Positions 9,848 to 18,864 of a stretch of DNA of 64,000 nucleotides are shown here, in pieces; position 1 is the stretch's first letter; each line of letters begins with the position of its first letter. The stretch lies in NCBI GenBank assembly GCA_031266055.1, contig JAISBT010000077.1:2278-66277 (forward strand), read 5' to 3'. Made by a program: the position numbers and the translations under genes. The notes below the pieces were generated by a model that was given only the letters and a program-made list of their open reading frames with translations, was not told the origin of the DNA and searched no databases. This DNA is from Deltaproteobacteria bacterium. GTDB lineage: Bacteria; Desulfobacterota; Desulfovibrionia; Desulfovibrionales; Desulfovibrionaceae.

Positions 9848-11224
9848 ATGCCGTTTTTACAACCAGCGCAAACTCTGCGGACAATTTCCTTCAAAGATAT
9901 CTGGATGCTGACCTGGCCCCAACTGTTGATGATGCTGTTCCAGTTTATGGTCGGCTTTACCGACGTGTGGGTCGCCGGGCGCATTAATCCGCAGGTGCAG
10001 GCGGCTCTGGGCGTGGTCACCCAGTGCCTGTTCTTTTTTATGGTCATCGGCATTGCCATAGCCAACGCGGCTGTTTCCACCATGAGCCAGTCGCTGGGCG
10101 CCAACAGGCCGCAACGCGCGAAACGTTTTCTCGGACTGGTGATTAACCTGGGGATCTGTTTTTGCGTCATCACCATGCTCGCCGGCTTTTTTTTCCGCGT
10201 GCAAATCATGGGCCTGCTCCGCGTACCGGAAGAAATGATGGAGGAATGCCTGCGCCTCTGGATGTTTTTTTTATGCTCCATACCCTTTCAATATGCCATG
10301 TCCTTCGGCGGTTCCGCCTTCAGAGCGTATAAAAAAGTGCATATTCCCCTGTATACCGGCATGGTCGTCTGCGTTATAAATTTTATTCTGGATATGGGCC
10401 TGGGTCTGGGCTACGGGGGGCTGCCCAATCTGGGCGTGAACGGTTTGGCTCTGGCAACGCTCATATCCACTGCCGGCGGGGCTGTTTTCAGCTTTTACAT
10501 GTTGATGCGCAATAAATATCTCACGCGGGATTCTTTCGCGCCTACGGGCTGGCAGCGTAAAGCCGCGGTGTATCTGGCCCGGGTTGCCCTCCCCGCCGGC
10601 GGCAACCAGTTCAGTTGGCAGCTTGGCTACCTTGTGCTTATCGGCCTGACCGCCTCCCTGCCCACGGACAGCGTCAACGCCCTGGCCGGCCTGGCCACCG
10701 GCATGCGCATTGAATCCATACTTTTTTTGCCCGCCATCGCTTTCGGCATGACGGGCACAGTGCTGGTCGGACACTGTCTGGGCAACAACAACAAGCTTGA
10801 GGCCAAGAAAGCGGGTATCAAAGTGCTGCTGGCGGCCTGCGCCGGCATGAGCCTCATGGCGCTGCTGCTCTGGCCTTTCACGGAGCGGGTATCCGCCTTC
10901 ATGTCTCCGTCCGCGGCCGTTTTGCCGCATACAATAAGTTATATCAGCATAAATTTGCTCTCCACTCCCTTCACCGTCGGAAGCATGACTCTGGCCGGAA
11001 TTTTCACCGGAGCGGGAGCGAGCATTTATCCCTTTATTGTTTACAGTTCCGCTACCTGGATGGTAAGGTTGCCCTTGGCCTGGCTGTTGGGACATGTTAT
11101 CTGGCAAAGCTCCTCCGGAGTTTTTCTTGCCATGCTTATTTCGCAAATTGTGCAGTGCAGCATTATCACATACATATTTCTGCGTTGCGGCTGGGAACGT
11201 TTTTCCATGTATCACCGTAATTAG
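9848..11224 (+). CDS. MATE family efflux transporter
   Basis: 458 aa with 12 hydrophobic segments. The N-terminal WPQLLMMLFQFMVGFTDVWVAGR pattern is typical of MATE (NorM/DinF-like) proteins. Confidence 0.85.
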   Translation: MPFLQPAQTLRTISFKDIWMLTWPQLLMMLFQFMVGFTDVWVAGRINPQVQAALGVVTQCLFFFMVIGIAIANAAVSTMSQSLGANRPQRAKRFLGLVINLGICFCVITMLAGFFFRVQIMGLLRVPEEMMEECLRLWMFFLCSIPFQYAMSFGGSAFRAYKKVHIPLYTGMVVCVINFILDMGLGLGYGGLPNLGVNGLALATLISTAGGAVFSFYMLMRNKYLTRDSFAPTGWQRKAAVYLARVALPAGGNQFSWQLGYLVLIGLTASLPTDSVNALAGLATGMRIESILFLPAIAFGMTGTVLVGHCLGNNNKLEAKKAGIKVLLAACAGMSLMALLLWPFTERVSAFMSPSAAVLPHTISYISINLLSTPFTVGSMTLAGIFTGAGASIYPFIVYSSATWMVRLPLAWLLGHVIWQSSSGVFLAMLISQIVQCSIITYIFLRCGWERFSMYHRN

Positions 11225-11320
11225 TCGGCCCTTAAAAAGTATATAATATATTTATATCATTAACTATAAATGTTAAATCTCTGTATTTTTCGACCGGAAA
11301 TATACCAAAGGGCCGACTAA
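11221..11320. repeat. 13-bp perfect inverted repeat flanking a 74-nt AT-rich core
   Basis: TTAGTCGGCCCTT (11221-11233) pairs with AAGGGCCGACTAA (11308-11320). The interior is strikingly AT-rich compared with its surroundings. The left arm overlaps the MATE stop codon. Confidence 0.8.
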
Positions 11321-11556
11321 TCCGGTCGATGCAATCGACCGGGCGCGGCGGAAAGCGAGCCGCAATTTACTTGCGGCGCCCGCGTAGCGGCGCTTGGAGC
11401 CGGCGTGCCTTTCTGAAAAAGTCGGGAAACGACTTTTTCAGCATCGACTTTAGCATCATGTCACGTCTGTACTGTCGTAACAGGCGCGACATGACGCTAT
11501 CCATCCCGAATCGCATATTGCGCGGGTGTTCATGCCTTAATAAGGATCATATCTGA

Positions 11557-12468
11557 ATGACACCGGACTACTCTCCCATTTCCATTGATTATATGGATGA
11601 ATATCGTAAACTTTTGTGCAAATCGGAAAGCCGGGCTTCTGACTACTCTTTCGGCAATGTCTGGGGCTGGGCTGAACACTATGGGCTGGAATGGCGCAGT
11701 TGCGGCAAACTTTGCTGGATAAAGCAGACGGCGCCCTCTCCTGTCTACTGGGCGCCCGTGGGAGCATGGGACGACTTTGACTGGGCGGCCGCGTTCACCC
11801 GTGGAACCTGTACGCCGGAATGCGCTGAAGGCATGACTTTTATCCGGGTGCCGGAAAAACTCCTGCAGCTCTGGCAGAAAATTATCCCGCCCGCGCGGCT
11901 GCAAGTTACCGAAACCAGAGGGCACTGGGATTATCTGTACAGTACGGCCGAACTTGCCGCTCTGCCCGGCAACCGTTTCCACAAGAAAAAAAACCTGCTC
12001 AACCAGTTCAATAAAAATTACGCTTTCGTATATGCCGAAATGAACGCCGACTGCGTGGAAGCCGTACTGGAAATGCAGGAAGAATGGAACAAATTCCGCG
12101 AACTTGGCGAAGCGCCCATATTGCTGGCGGAAAACAAGGCGGTTTTTCGCGTGCTTTCCATGTGGGATCAGCTTTCCGGTTTCGTCGGCGGCGCTATCCA
12201 CCTGAACGGCGAGGTGGTGGCCTATACCATAGGTGAAAGAATCTGCGCCGATACCCTGGTGGTGCATTTTGAAAAGGGAATTCCCGTATACAAAGGCGTA
12301 TATCAGGCCATCAACAAATTTTTCGCCGGAAGCGTGGCTGAAAACGAACAAATCCTGTACCTGAACCGGGAACAGGATCTGGATGATCCGGGCTTGCGCA
12401 AAGCCAAAGAAAGCTATAACCCCGTAGATTACGTTAAAAAATATTCCGTGCGGGTTCTGCCCGCATGA
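11557..12468 (+). CDS. DUF2156 (LPG_synthase_C / MprF C-terminal-like) domain protein, stand-alone
   Basis: SDYSFGNVWGWAEHYGLEW, GNRFHKKKNLLNQFNKNY and LNREQDLDDPGLRKAKESYNP match the conserved blocks I recall for DUF2156 proteins. Confidence 0.75.
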   Translation: MTPDYSPISIDYMDEYRKLLCKSESRASDYSFGNVWGWAEHYGLEWRSCGKLCWIKQTAPSPVYWAPVGAWDDFDWAAAFTRGTCTPECAEGMTFIRVPEKLLQLWQKIIPPARLQVTETRGHWDYLYSTAELAALPGNRFHKKKNLLNQFNKNYAFVYAEMNADCVEAVLEMQEEWNKFRELGEAPILLAENKAVFRVLSMWDQLSGFVGGAIHLNGEVVAYTIGERICADTLVVHFEKGIPVYKGVYQAINKFFAGSVAENEQILYLNREQDLDDPGLRKAKESYNPVDYVKKYSVRVLPA

Positions 12469-13940
12469 ACGTGGAGCAACCCGCCCGCGGAACGGATCTT
12501 TTTTCCGGACAGGAGTCAACGTTGAACATAGTAACCAGGTTTGCGCCCAGTCCGACCGGGCATCTGCATATAGGCGGAGCCAGAACGGCAATTTTTTGCT
12601 GGCTGCTGGCCAGGCACTTCGGCGGTAAATTTTTGCTGCGCATTGAAGATACGGACATGGAGCGATCCAAACCGGAATATACCGAGTCCATCCTGGATTC
12701 CATGCGCTGGCTCAAGCTCGACCCGGACGGAGAAATCGCCTTTCAGAGCCGGCGTCTGGCTTTGTATAATGAACAGGTGGACAAGCTCCTGTCCTCCGGA
12801 CACGCTTACTGGTGCGGCTGTTCCCCGGAAGCGGTGGAAAGCATGCGCGAGGAGGCGCGGGCGAAAGGCGAAAAACCCCGCTACAATCAGGCTTGCCGGG
12901 AAAAAAACCTGGGGCCGGGGCCGGGCCGGGTAGTGCGGTTGAAAACTCCGGCCGCCGGGCGGATTGTGTTTGACGATCTGTTCAAAGGAACTATCGCCGT
13001 TGATATAAACGAATTGGACGATATGGTTTTGCGCCGCTCCGACGGCGCGCCCACTTATAACATGGCGGTGGTGGTTGACGATGCGCTCATGCGGGTGACG
13101 CATGTGGTGCGCGGGGACGACCATGTGAACAACACGCCCAAGCAGATTCTGATTTATCAGGCCCTTGGCCTGCCGGTGCCTGTATTCGGCCATGTGCCCA
13201 TGATTCTGGGGGCGGACAGACAAAAACTCTCCAAACGGCATGGAGCCAAGGCGGTTATCGAGTACCGGGAGGACGGGCTGCTGCCGGAGGCTTTGATCAA
13301 TTACCTGGTACGCCTGGGCTGGTCGCACGGGGATAAGGAAATTTTTTCACTGTCCGAATTGATTGACCTTTTCGACGGCAAAAACCTGCATAGCGCCGCA
13401 GCGGCTTTTGACCCGGAAAAACTGCTCTGGGTGAACGCGCGGCATCTGCATGGGAAAAACGCGCAAGAACTGGCCGCGCTGGTTTTGCCCTTTGTGCGCG
13501 CGCTGCCTCTGGCGCCGGAAGGGCCGGATGCGGAAATTTTATCCGAGCTTGAACGGTTCATCCCCCTGTTTCAAAGCCGGTCTTCCACGCTCAGGGAATT
13601 GGCCCGGCATCTGTCCTGTCTGCTGGTTCCGGCGGACAAAGTGGAGTATAATCAGGAAGAGCTGAAAAAAGTCCTTACTCCTGAAGGCGGGGAGCATCTT
13701 GAACGCCTGCGGGGAGTTTTTGCCGCGCTTCCCCGGTTTGACCGGGAAACGCTGCATACGGCTTTAAACCAATATGTCGCGGACAGCGGCGCCAAATTCA
13801 AGGCGGTCGCCCCGGCGCTGCGGGTCAGTTTGCTCGGTTTTATGGGCGGGCCGGATTTGGCTGAAATCATGCAGGCTCTCGGGAGCGCGGAAACCCTGGC
13901 CCGGATGGCGCGGACGGCGCGGACGGCAACCCTGCAATAA
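12465..13940 (+). CDS. gltX: Glutamate--tRNA ligase
   Basis: VTRFAPSPTGHLHIGGARTA (HIGH motif) and KLSKRHG (KMSKS motif). The true start may be TTG at 12522 (AGGAG RBS 6 nt upstream) rather than ATG 12465. Confidence 0.95.
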   Translation: MNVEQPARGTDLFSGQESTLNIVTRFAPSPTGHLHIGGARTAIFCWLLARHFGGKFLLRIEDTDMERSKPEYTESILDSMRWLKLDPDGEIAFQSRRLALYNEQVDKLLSSGHAYWCGCSPEAVESMREEARAKGEKPRYNQACREKNLGPGPGRVVRLKTPAAGRIVFDDLFKGTIAVDINELDDMVLRRSDGAPTYNMAVVVDDALMRVTHVVRGDDHVNNTPKQILIYQALGLPVPVFGHVPMILGADRQKLSKRHGAKAVIEYREDGLLPEALINYLVRLGWSHGDKEIFSLSELIDLFDGKNLHSAAAAFDPEKLLWVNARHLHGKNAQELAALVLPFVRALPLAPEGPDAEILSELERFIPLFQSRSSTLRELARHLSCLLVPADKVEYNQEELKKVLTPEGGEHLERLRGVFAALPRFDRETLHTALNQYVADSGAKFKAVAPALRVSLLGFMGGPDLAEIMQALGSAETLARMARTARTATLQ

Positions 13941-13957
13941 AACGCCGGCCCGGCGCG

Positions 13958-14220
13958 CCGCCGCAGGCGTAATAGAGCGTTTTAACATTGAAAATGTATA
14001 AAGCGCTCTGCAAGGATTTGCCCGCAAATCCTTGCTTCAGCCGTTGCGACGAAGGAAGCTACGGATGAAGACAGCAAATAGTTGCTAGGCATTCCATCTT
14101 GGCCAATCGCTGTCGCTGTCCGTAAAGCGGCAAGCCGCTTAACGGCTACCGCGCCGCGAGATTATCGCAAGGCGAACTTGCTTCGCCGTTAAGCGATAAT
14201 CTCAAGCGCAAAATGCTCTA
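13958..14220. repeat. Composite of family B hairpin modules
   Basis: In order: the GAGCGTTTTAACATTGAAAATGT palindrome, the GCAAGGATTTGCCCGCAAATCCTTGC hairpin, the CTTCAGCCGTTGCGACGAAGGAAGCTACGGATGAAGACAGCAA module, GAGATTATCGC...GCGATAATCTC, and the terminal AAAATGCTCTA. Confidence 0.85.
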
Positions 14221-14271
14221 GTTCCGGTCATTTTTCCCGCGTTGTGTTGTCAAAAACAAAAGGAAACCGTC

Positions 14272-15213
14272 ATGGACTACACCCTTTTATCCGATTTGGG
14301 CCCCACCGCCGCAGTGCTGTTTCTGGTTCTGCTTGCGCTCGTGCTGATGCGCCAGGGACTGAAATCCGTGCCTCAGGGCTATCAATGGACCGTGGAACGC
14401 TTCGGCCGCTTTACCCGCCTTTTGACCCCGGGACTGAATATCATCATTCCTTTCTTTGATTCGGTAGGGCACAGGATCAACATGATGGAGCAGGTTCTGG
14501 ACATTCCCAAGCAGGAAGTCATCTCCAAGGATAACGCCAACGTCACCATCGACGCCGTCTGTTTTTTCCAGATCGTGCAGCCCGCGCAGGCCGCCTATGA
14601 GGTAAGCGATCTCATCATGGCCATCCTCAATCTGACCATGACCAACATCCGAACCGTGCTCGGCGAAATGGAACTGGATGAAATGCTCTCCAAGCGCGAA
14701 GTGATCAACGCCAAACTCCTGGAAGTCATCGACCTTGCCACCAACCCCTGGGGCGTCAAGGTCACCCGCATCGAGATCCGCGACGTGCGTCCGCCCGAAG
14801 AGCTGGTTGCGGCCATGAACGCCCAGATGAAGGCCGAACGCACCAAAAGAGCCACCGTGCTGGAGGCCGAAGGCGAGAAAGCCGCCGCCATCCTGGTGGC
14901 GGAAGGGAAAAAGGAAGCGGAAATCCGCGAGGCCGAAGGCAGAAAACAGGCGGAGATCCTCCGCGCCGAAGCTCGGGAACGCTCGGCCGAAGCCGAAGCC
15001 AGAGCCACCAACGTGGTTTCCCAAGCCATCGCCGAAGGCGATATCGCGGCGGTGCAGTATTTTGTGGCTCTCAAATACACCGAGGCCCTGCAGGAAATCG
15101 GCGTATCCAAAAGCAGCAAGGTGCTCATGGTGCCTCTGGACGCCGCCGGACTCATGGGCTCCGTTGCCGGCGTGGCCGAAATGCTCGCCCACAAGGGCAA
15201 AGTAATTCCATAG
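14272..15213 (+). CDS. SPFH/Band 7 (stomatin/QmcA-like) protein
   Basis: An N-terminal TM segment, then the SPFH core ([15 protein letters not shown]...[13 protein letters not shown]) and a coiled-coil Ala/Glu-rich tail. Paired with a downstream NfeD gene. Confidence 0.9.
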   Translation: MDYTLLSDLGPTAAVLFLVLLALVLMRQGLKSVPQGYQWTVERFGRFTRLLTPGLNIIIPFFDSVGHRINMMEQVLDIPKQEVISKDNANVTIDAVCFFQIVQPAQAAYEVSDLIMAILNLTMTNIRTVLGEMELDEMLSKREVINAKLLEVIDLATNPWGVKVTRIEIRDVRPPEELVAAMNAQMKAERTKRATVLEAEGEKAAAILVAEGKKEAEIREAEGRKQAEILRAEARERSAEAEARATNVVSQAIAEGDIAAVQYFVALKYTEALQEIGVSKSSKVLMVPLDAAGLMGSVAGVAEMLAHKGKVIP

Positions 15214-15246
15214 CGGTCTTCACCCCGGAAGATTACAGGAGAACCT

Positions 15247-15735
15247 ATGGAGACATGGCTGCAAAACATCGCTCCCTTCTGGATCTGGTTGACGGTGGCC
15301 TGTATTTTTCTGATCATGGAAGCGCTGGTCATGCCCGCCGGCTATTTGCTCTGCCTCGGCACCGCCGCCGGGGCCGTGGCCGCGCTGGTCTTTTTCTTTC
15401 CGGATCTTTCCCGGCTCTGGTCCCTGACCCTGTTCGCCCTGTTTACGGTCGTCGCGGGCCTGGTCTGGTGGAAAACGCTGCGGAAAAAACGCGGACGGAA
15501 CATCGTGGAGGAGGACGAAGGGCTGCTCAACGTCAAAACCCGGCAGCTTGTCGGCTACCGGGCCGTGTTGGGCGAAGACATCAGAGGCGGCCGGGGGCGC
15601 ATCCGGGTCAATGATTCTCCCTGGCCCGTGAAGGCCGATTCCGACTACCCCGCCGGCACTCTGGTGGAAGTGACCGAAGTACACGGCATCACCCTCAAGG
15701 TGAAAAAAGCGGAGGGCTCCCCGCCTCCGGCATAA
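15247..15735 (+). CDS. NfeD family membrane protein
   Basis: Hydrophobic N-terminus and a C-terminal OB-like GRIRVNDSPWPVKAD...VEVTEVHGITLKVKK. Canonical partner of SPFH proteins. Confidence 0.85.
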   Translation: METWLQNIAPFWIWLTVACIFLIMEALVMPAGYLLCLGTAAGAVAALVFFFPDLSRLWSLTLFALFTVVAGLVWWKTLRKKRGRNIVEEDEGLLNVKTRQLVGYRAVLGEDIRGGRGRIRVNDSPWPVKADSDYPAGTLVEVTEVHGITLKVKKAEGSPPPA

Positions 15736-15777
15736 AGCGGTTGCACTTTGACATGCCCTCTCGGGCGGATATCCTAA

Positions 15778-16062
15778 GGCAATTTAACTTTGAGACGCTC
15801 CCTCCGGCGCTTTACGGCGAAACAAGTTTCGCCTGCGCCTGCGGGGCGGGCGGCAGTACCCGCCGCCAGAGCATTCCAACATTTTCAATGTTAAAACGCT
15901 CTAAAAACCGCGGCGGATGGCGGACGCGAGCGTTTTACGTTCGAGATTGCCGCAAGGCGGAACAAGATTCGTCTTGCGGCAATCTCACGGCAAGGATTTG
16001 AGAGCAAATCTTCGCCGAATTGCTGTGCCGGCAAGTGGCACTATTTTCAAAATTAAAATGCT
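15778..16062 (+). repeat. Family B beta-type repeat (15778-15903) followed by further hairpin modules
   Basis: The first 126 bp are almost identical to 1527-1652. GAGATTGCCGCAAGGCGG...CTTGCGGCAATCTC and GCAAGGATTTGAGAGCAAATCTT hairpins follow. The terminal ATTAAAATGCTCTA overlaps the stop codon of the Leu-dehydrogenase gene. Confidence 0.9.
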
Positions 16063-17106
16063 CTATTTGCGGGCTTTCAGAATGATGCCCATGGCATATT
16101 CGTCCGCCGCGGCCGCGGTGCTGATTTTTTTATCCTTGGCCAATTTGATGATGTTCAGGGTTGTATCGTAAATCAGATCAACCTTTTTGTTCACCGCGTC
16201 CGCGCTGTACACCGGATCAACTATCTCCGCCTCGCAGTTGATGATGCCGCCGGCATTCACAATGTAATCCGGGCAGTAGAGGATGCCGAGTTTGGTCAGG
16301 GCATCGCCCGTGGCCGCATCCACCAGCACGTTGTTGGCGCAGCCGCAGATCATCATGCACTTCAGATTCTTGACGTTGTTCACGTTAAGAACGGCGCCCA
16401 GAGCGCAGGGCGAAAAAATGTCGCACTGCGTGGTCAGTATTTCATCCGCGCCCACGGCGACAGCCCCGAACTCCGTTACGGCCCTGTTCATGGCGTCTTT
16501 GTTGATGTCGAATACTTTCAGCCTGGCGCCTTCCTTATGCACATATTCGGCAATAAAGTGGCCGACGCTCCCCAGGCCCATGACGGCTACGGTTTTTCCG
16601 GCCAGATTGTCCGAGCCGTAAAGAGCTTTGGCGCCGGCCTTCATGGCCTTGTACACGCCGCGCGCGGTGAAGGGCGAGGGGTTTCCGCTGATTTCCGGAG
16701 TGCCCATAACATACTGGGTGGTTTCGTGCATGTGGTTGATGTCCGTGGTGTTGGTGTTGACATCTTCAGCGGTATAGTATTTTCCGCCCAGCGACTGCAC
16801 GATCCTGCCGTAGGCGTGGAAAAATTCACGGCTTTTGAGCTTTTTGGGGTCTCCGATGATGACCGCCTTGCCGCCGCCCAGTTTGAGACGCGCGCCGGCA
16901 TTCTTCAGGCTCATGCCTCTGGACAGACGCAGCACATCGTACAGAGCCTCCTCTTCAGTCGCGTAATTCCAGAAACGCGTGCCGCCGCCCGCCGGCCCCA
17001 AAGTGGTGTCGTGCACGGCGATAATCGTTTTCAAGCCGACTTTTTCATCCCTGGCAAAGACAATCATTTCATGCCCGTAAGAATCCATTTCTTCAAAAAC
17101 TTTCAT
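16063..17106 (-). CDS. Leucine (Leu/Val/Phe) dehydrogenase, Glu/Leu/Phe/Val dehydrogenase family
   Basis: GPAGGGTRFWNY and LKNAGARLKLGGGKAVI catalytic-region motifs, plus the GLGSVG NAD-binding loop. 347 aa. Confidence 0.88.
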   Translation of the reverse strand: MKVFEEMDSYGHEMIVFARDEKVGLKTIIAVHDTTLGPAGGGTRFWNYATEEEALYDVLRLSRGMSLKNAGARLKLGGGKAVIIGDPKKLKSREFFHAYGRIVQSLGGKYYTAEDVNTNTTDINHMHETTQYVMGTPEISGNPSPFTARGVYKAMKAGAKALYGSDNLAGKTVAVMGLGSVGHFIAEYVHKEGARLKVFDINKDAMNRAVTEFGAVAVGADEILTTQCDIFSPCALGAVLNVNNVKNLKCMMICGCANNVLVDAATGDALTKLGILYCPDYIVNAGGIINCEAEIVDPVYSADAVNKKVDLIYDTTLNIIKLAKDKKISTAAAADEYAMGIILKARK

Positions 17107-17260
17107 GGTAATCCTCCAATGATGTTACATGTTTTATATTTTACAGCAGTTGACGCTTGAACCGCTCCTTGCGGCAGGTTTGCGCCCGCCTGCCCGCATC
17201 TTGCGGCAAGGATTCGTACGCAAGCCCTTGTGGAGCGTTTCAAGGATGAAATGCCGGGAA

Positions 17261-18337
17261 TTATCCGTATATTGCCGCTTCCTCCTTGCCCCTGAGCACG
17301 CGCAGCACGCTCAGAGCCAGGGAAGCCATTTCATGCTCTCCGGGATACGTTTTTACCGGGGCTATATGATCGACCATTTGTTTGATGGAACCGGTAAAAC
17401 GCGTGGAACAGGCCAGCCCGCCGGTCAGGATGACGGCGTTGATCCTCCCTTCCAGCACCACGGCCATGGCGCCTATTTCCTTGGCGGTCTGATAGGCCAT
17501 GGAGTCCATAACCAGAGCCGCGTGTTCGTCGCCGTGTTTGATCATTTTTTCCACTTCCCGCAGGTCATTGGTGCCGAGATAGGCGGTCATGCCGCCGCGG
17601 TTATGGCAGAGTTCCAGAATTTCAGTTTCCGTGTACCGTCCCGAAAAGCACAATTCCACAAGCGGTTCCAAGGGCACAGCGCCGCAACGCTCCGGAGAGA
17701 ACGGCCCTTCTCCGGCCAGGGGGTCGTTTACGTCAATGATCCTCCCGTACCGGTGCGCGCCTACGGTTATACCGCCGCCAAGGTGGGCCACCACAAAACG
17801 TCCGTCCTCATACGTTATGCCCAGGCTCTCCGCGCACAGTCTCGCAATGGCTTTGGAATGCAGAGCATGAAAGAGATTTCTTCTCTCAATGCCGGGAATG
17901 CCGGTGAGTCTGGTGCGGGGTTCCATTTCATCCATCACCAGCGGATCAACCACATAAGCCGGAATACCGTAGGATTGCCCGAATTCGGCGGCCATCAGGC
18001 CTCCCAGGGACGAACTGTGCGTGACCGCCCCGTCTATGGACAAATCCCGGATGATGGTGTCGTTGACCAGGAATGCGCCTGCATCCAGGAGAGTCACAAA
18101 GCCGCTGCGGCCTGCCACAGCGCTCAGTTTTTCAGGTTTTATCTGATGGGCCGCCAAGGTTTCCATGATAAAGCGCATGCGGATATCCATCTGCTCCAGC
18201 AGATTCGCGCAGCCTTCAAATTCGCCCGCCGCATGGTAAACGGCGCGCTCGAAAAGCTGAGTCTCGTTTTTATACACCGCGCACTTGGTGGAGATTGATC
18301 CGGGATTGACAATCAGTATTATGTGTGCGCTGTCCAT
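17261..18337 (-). CDS. buk: Butyrate (branched-chain acyl) kinase
   Basis: IILIVNPGSISTK N-terminus and the ASKHA-fold motif AHLGGGITVGAH. The start is MDSAHI, and its ATG overlaps the upstream stop (TGATG). Confidence 0.88.
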   Translation of the reverse strand: MDSAHIILIVNPGSISTKCAVYKNETQLFERAVYHAAGEFEGCANLLEQMDIRMRFIMETLAAHQIKPEKLSAVAGRSGFVTLLDAGAFLVNDTIIRDLSIDGAVTHSSSLGGLMAAEFGQSYGIPAYVVDPLVMDEMEPRTRLTGIPGIERRNLFHALHSKAIARLCAESLGITYEDGRFVVAHLGGGITVGAHRYGRIIDVNDPLAGEGPFSPERCGAVPLEPLVELCFSGRYTETEILELCHNRGGMTAYLGTNDLREVEKMIKHGDEHAALVMDSMAYQTAKEIGAMAVVLEGRINAVILTGGLACSTRFTGSIKQMVDHIAPVKTYPGEHEMASLALSVLRVLRGKEEAAIYG

Positions 18338-18792
18338 CACTTTTCTCCTTTGCCCAGGGAAAGGCCCAAAACACCGCCCCGGGCGCACGCGACATTGTTT
18401 TCGCGCAGCTTCTCAAATATGGCGTCAATGACGGGCGGTTCAGCCATATATTCGACAAAGGTCATCCCGCCTTCTTCGCTGATTACGCGCATGCCGTCTT
18501 CCATCAGGTGCTTCTGGCGCTCATTGAATCTGGCCAGCAGCAGCTCGCGGATGATATGCGTCTCCGGAACGCACTTTTCCCAGCCGCGCACGCAGGACAT
18601 TTCGCTGAGGCGGCTGCCGAGAACGTCCAGACGGACGTGTCCGTCAAAAACCATGGTTATTTGCGATATTCCTTCCGCGACGCTGCCGGAGGCTATGGCC
18701 TGAATATTCACGCTGTTGCGGCGGATGATGCCGGTGATTTGATCCAGCACGCCAGGCCGGTCAAAAACGTGTACACACATGATCTTGTGCAT
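18337..18792 (-). CDS. ACT domain protein (acetolactate-synthase small-subunit-like)
   Basis: VHVFDRPGVLDQITGIIRRNSVNIQAI is an ACT-type beta-alpha-beta start. 151 aa. Translationally coupled to buk. Confidence 0.7.
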   Translation of the reverse strand: MHKIMCVHVFDRPGVLDQITGIIRRNSVNIQAIASGSVAEGISQITMVFDGHVRLDVLGSRLSEMSCVRGWEKCVPETHIIRELLLARFNERQKHLMEDGMRVISEEGGMTFVEYMAEPPVIDAIFEKLRENNVACARGGVLGLSLGKGEK

Positions 18793-18864
18793 AATTCACC
18801 TCGCTTGCGGGTTAATGGATTCAGATTTTCCGGAGCGGTTTGACATTTTCAATGCCGAACCGCT

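Noticed and set aside
13958-16062. Possibility that the recurring hairpin repeats are a CRISPR array.
   Set aside because: The repeats are not identical short units at regular spacing separated by unique spacers. They are heterogeneous palindromic modules scattered over many intergenic regions, and no cas genes are present.
17129-18298. 389-aa plus-strand ORF.
   Set aside because: It is antisense to butyrate kinase. The same reasoning applies to 14287-15192 and 14595-15332 (opposite the SPFH gene), 10271-11215 (opposite MATE), 11530-12591 and 12516-13328 (opposite the DUF2156 gene and gltX), 4568-5449 (opposite the HD-GYP gene), 2806-3615 (opposite tsaC) and 340-1047 (opposite rplM/rpsI).
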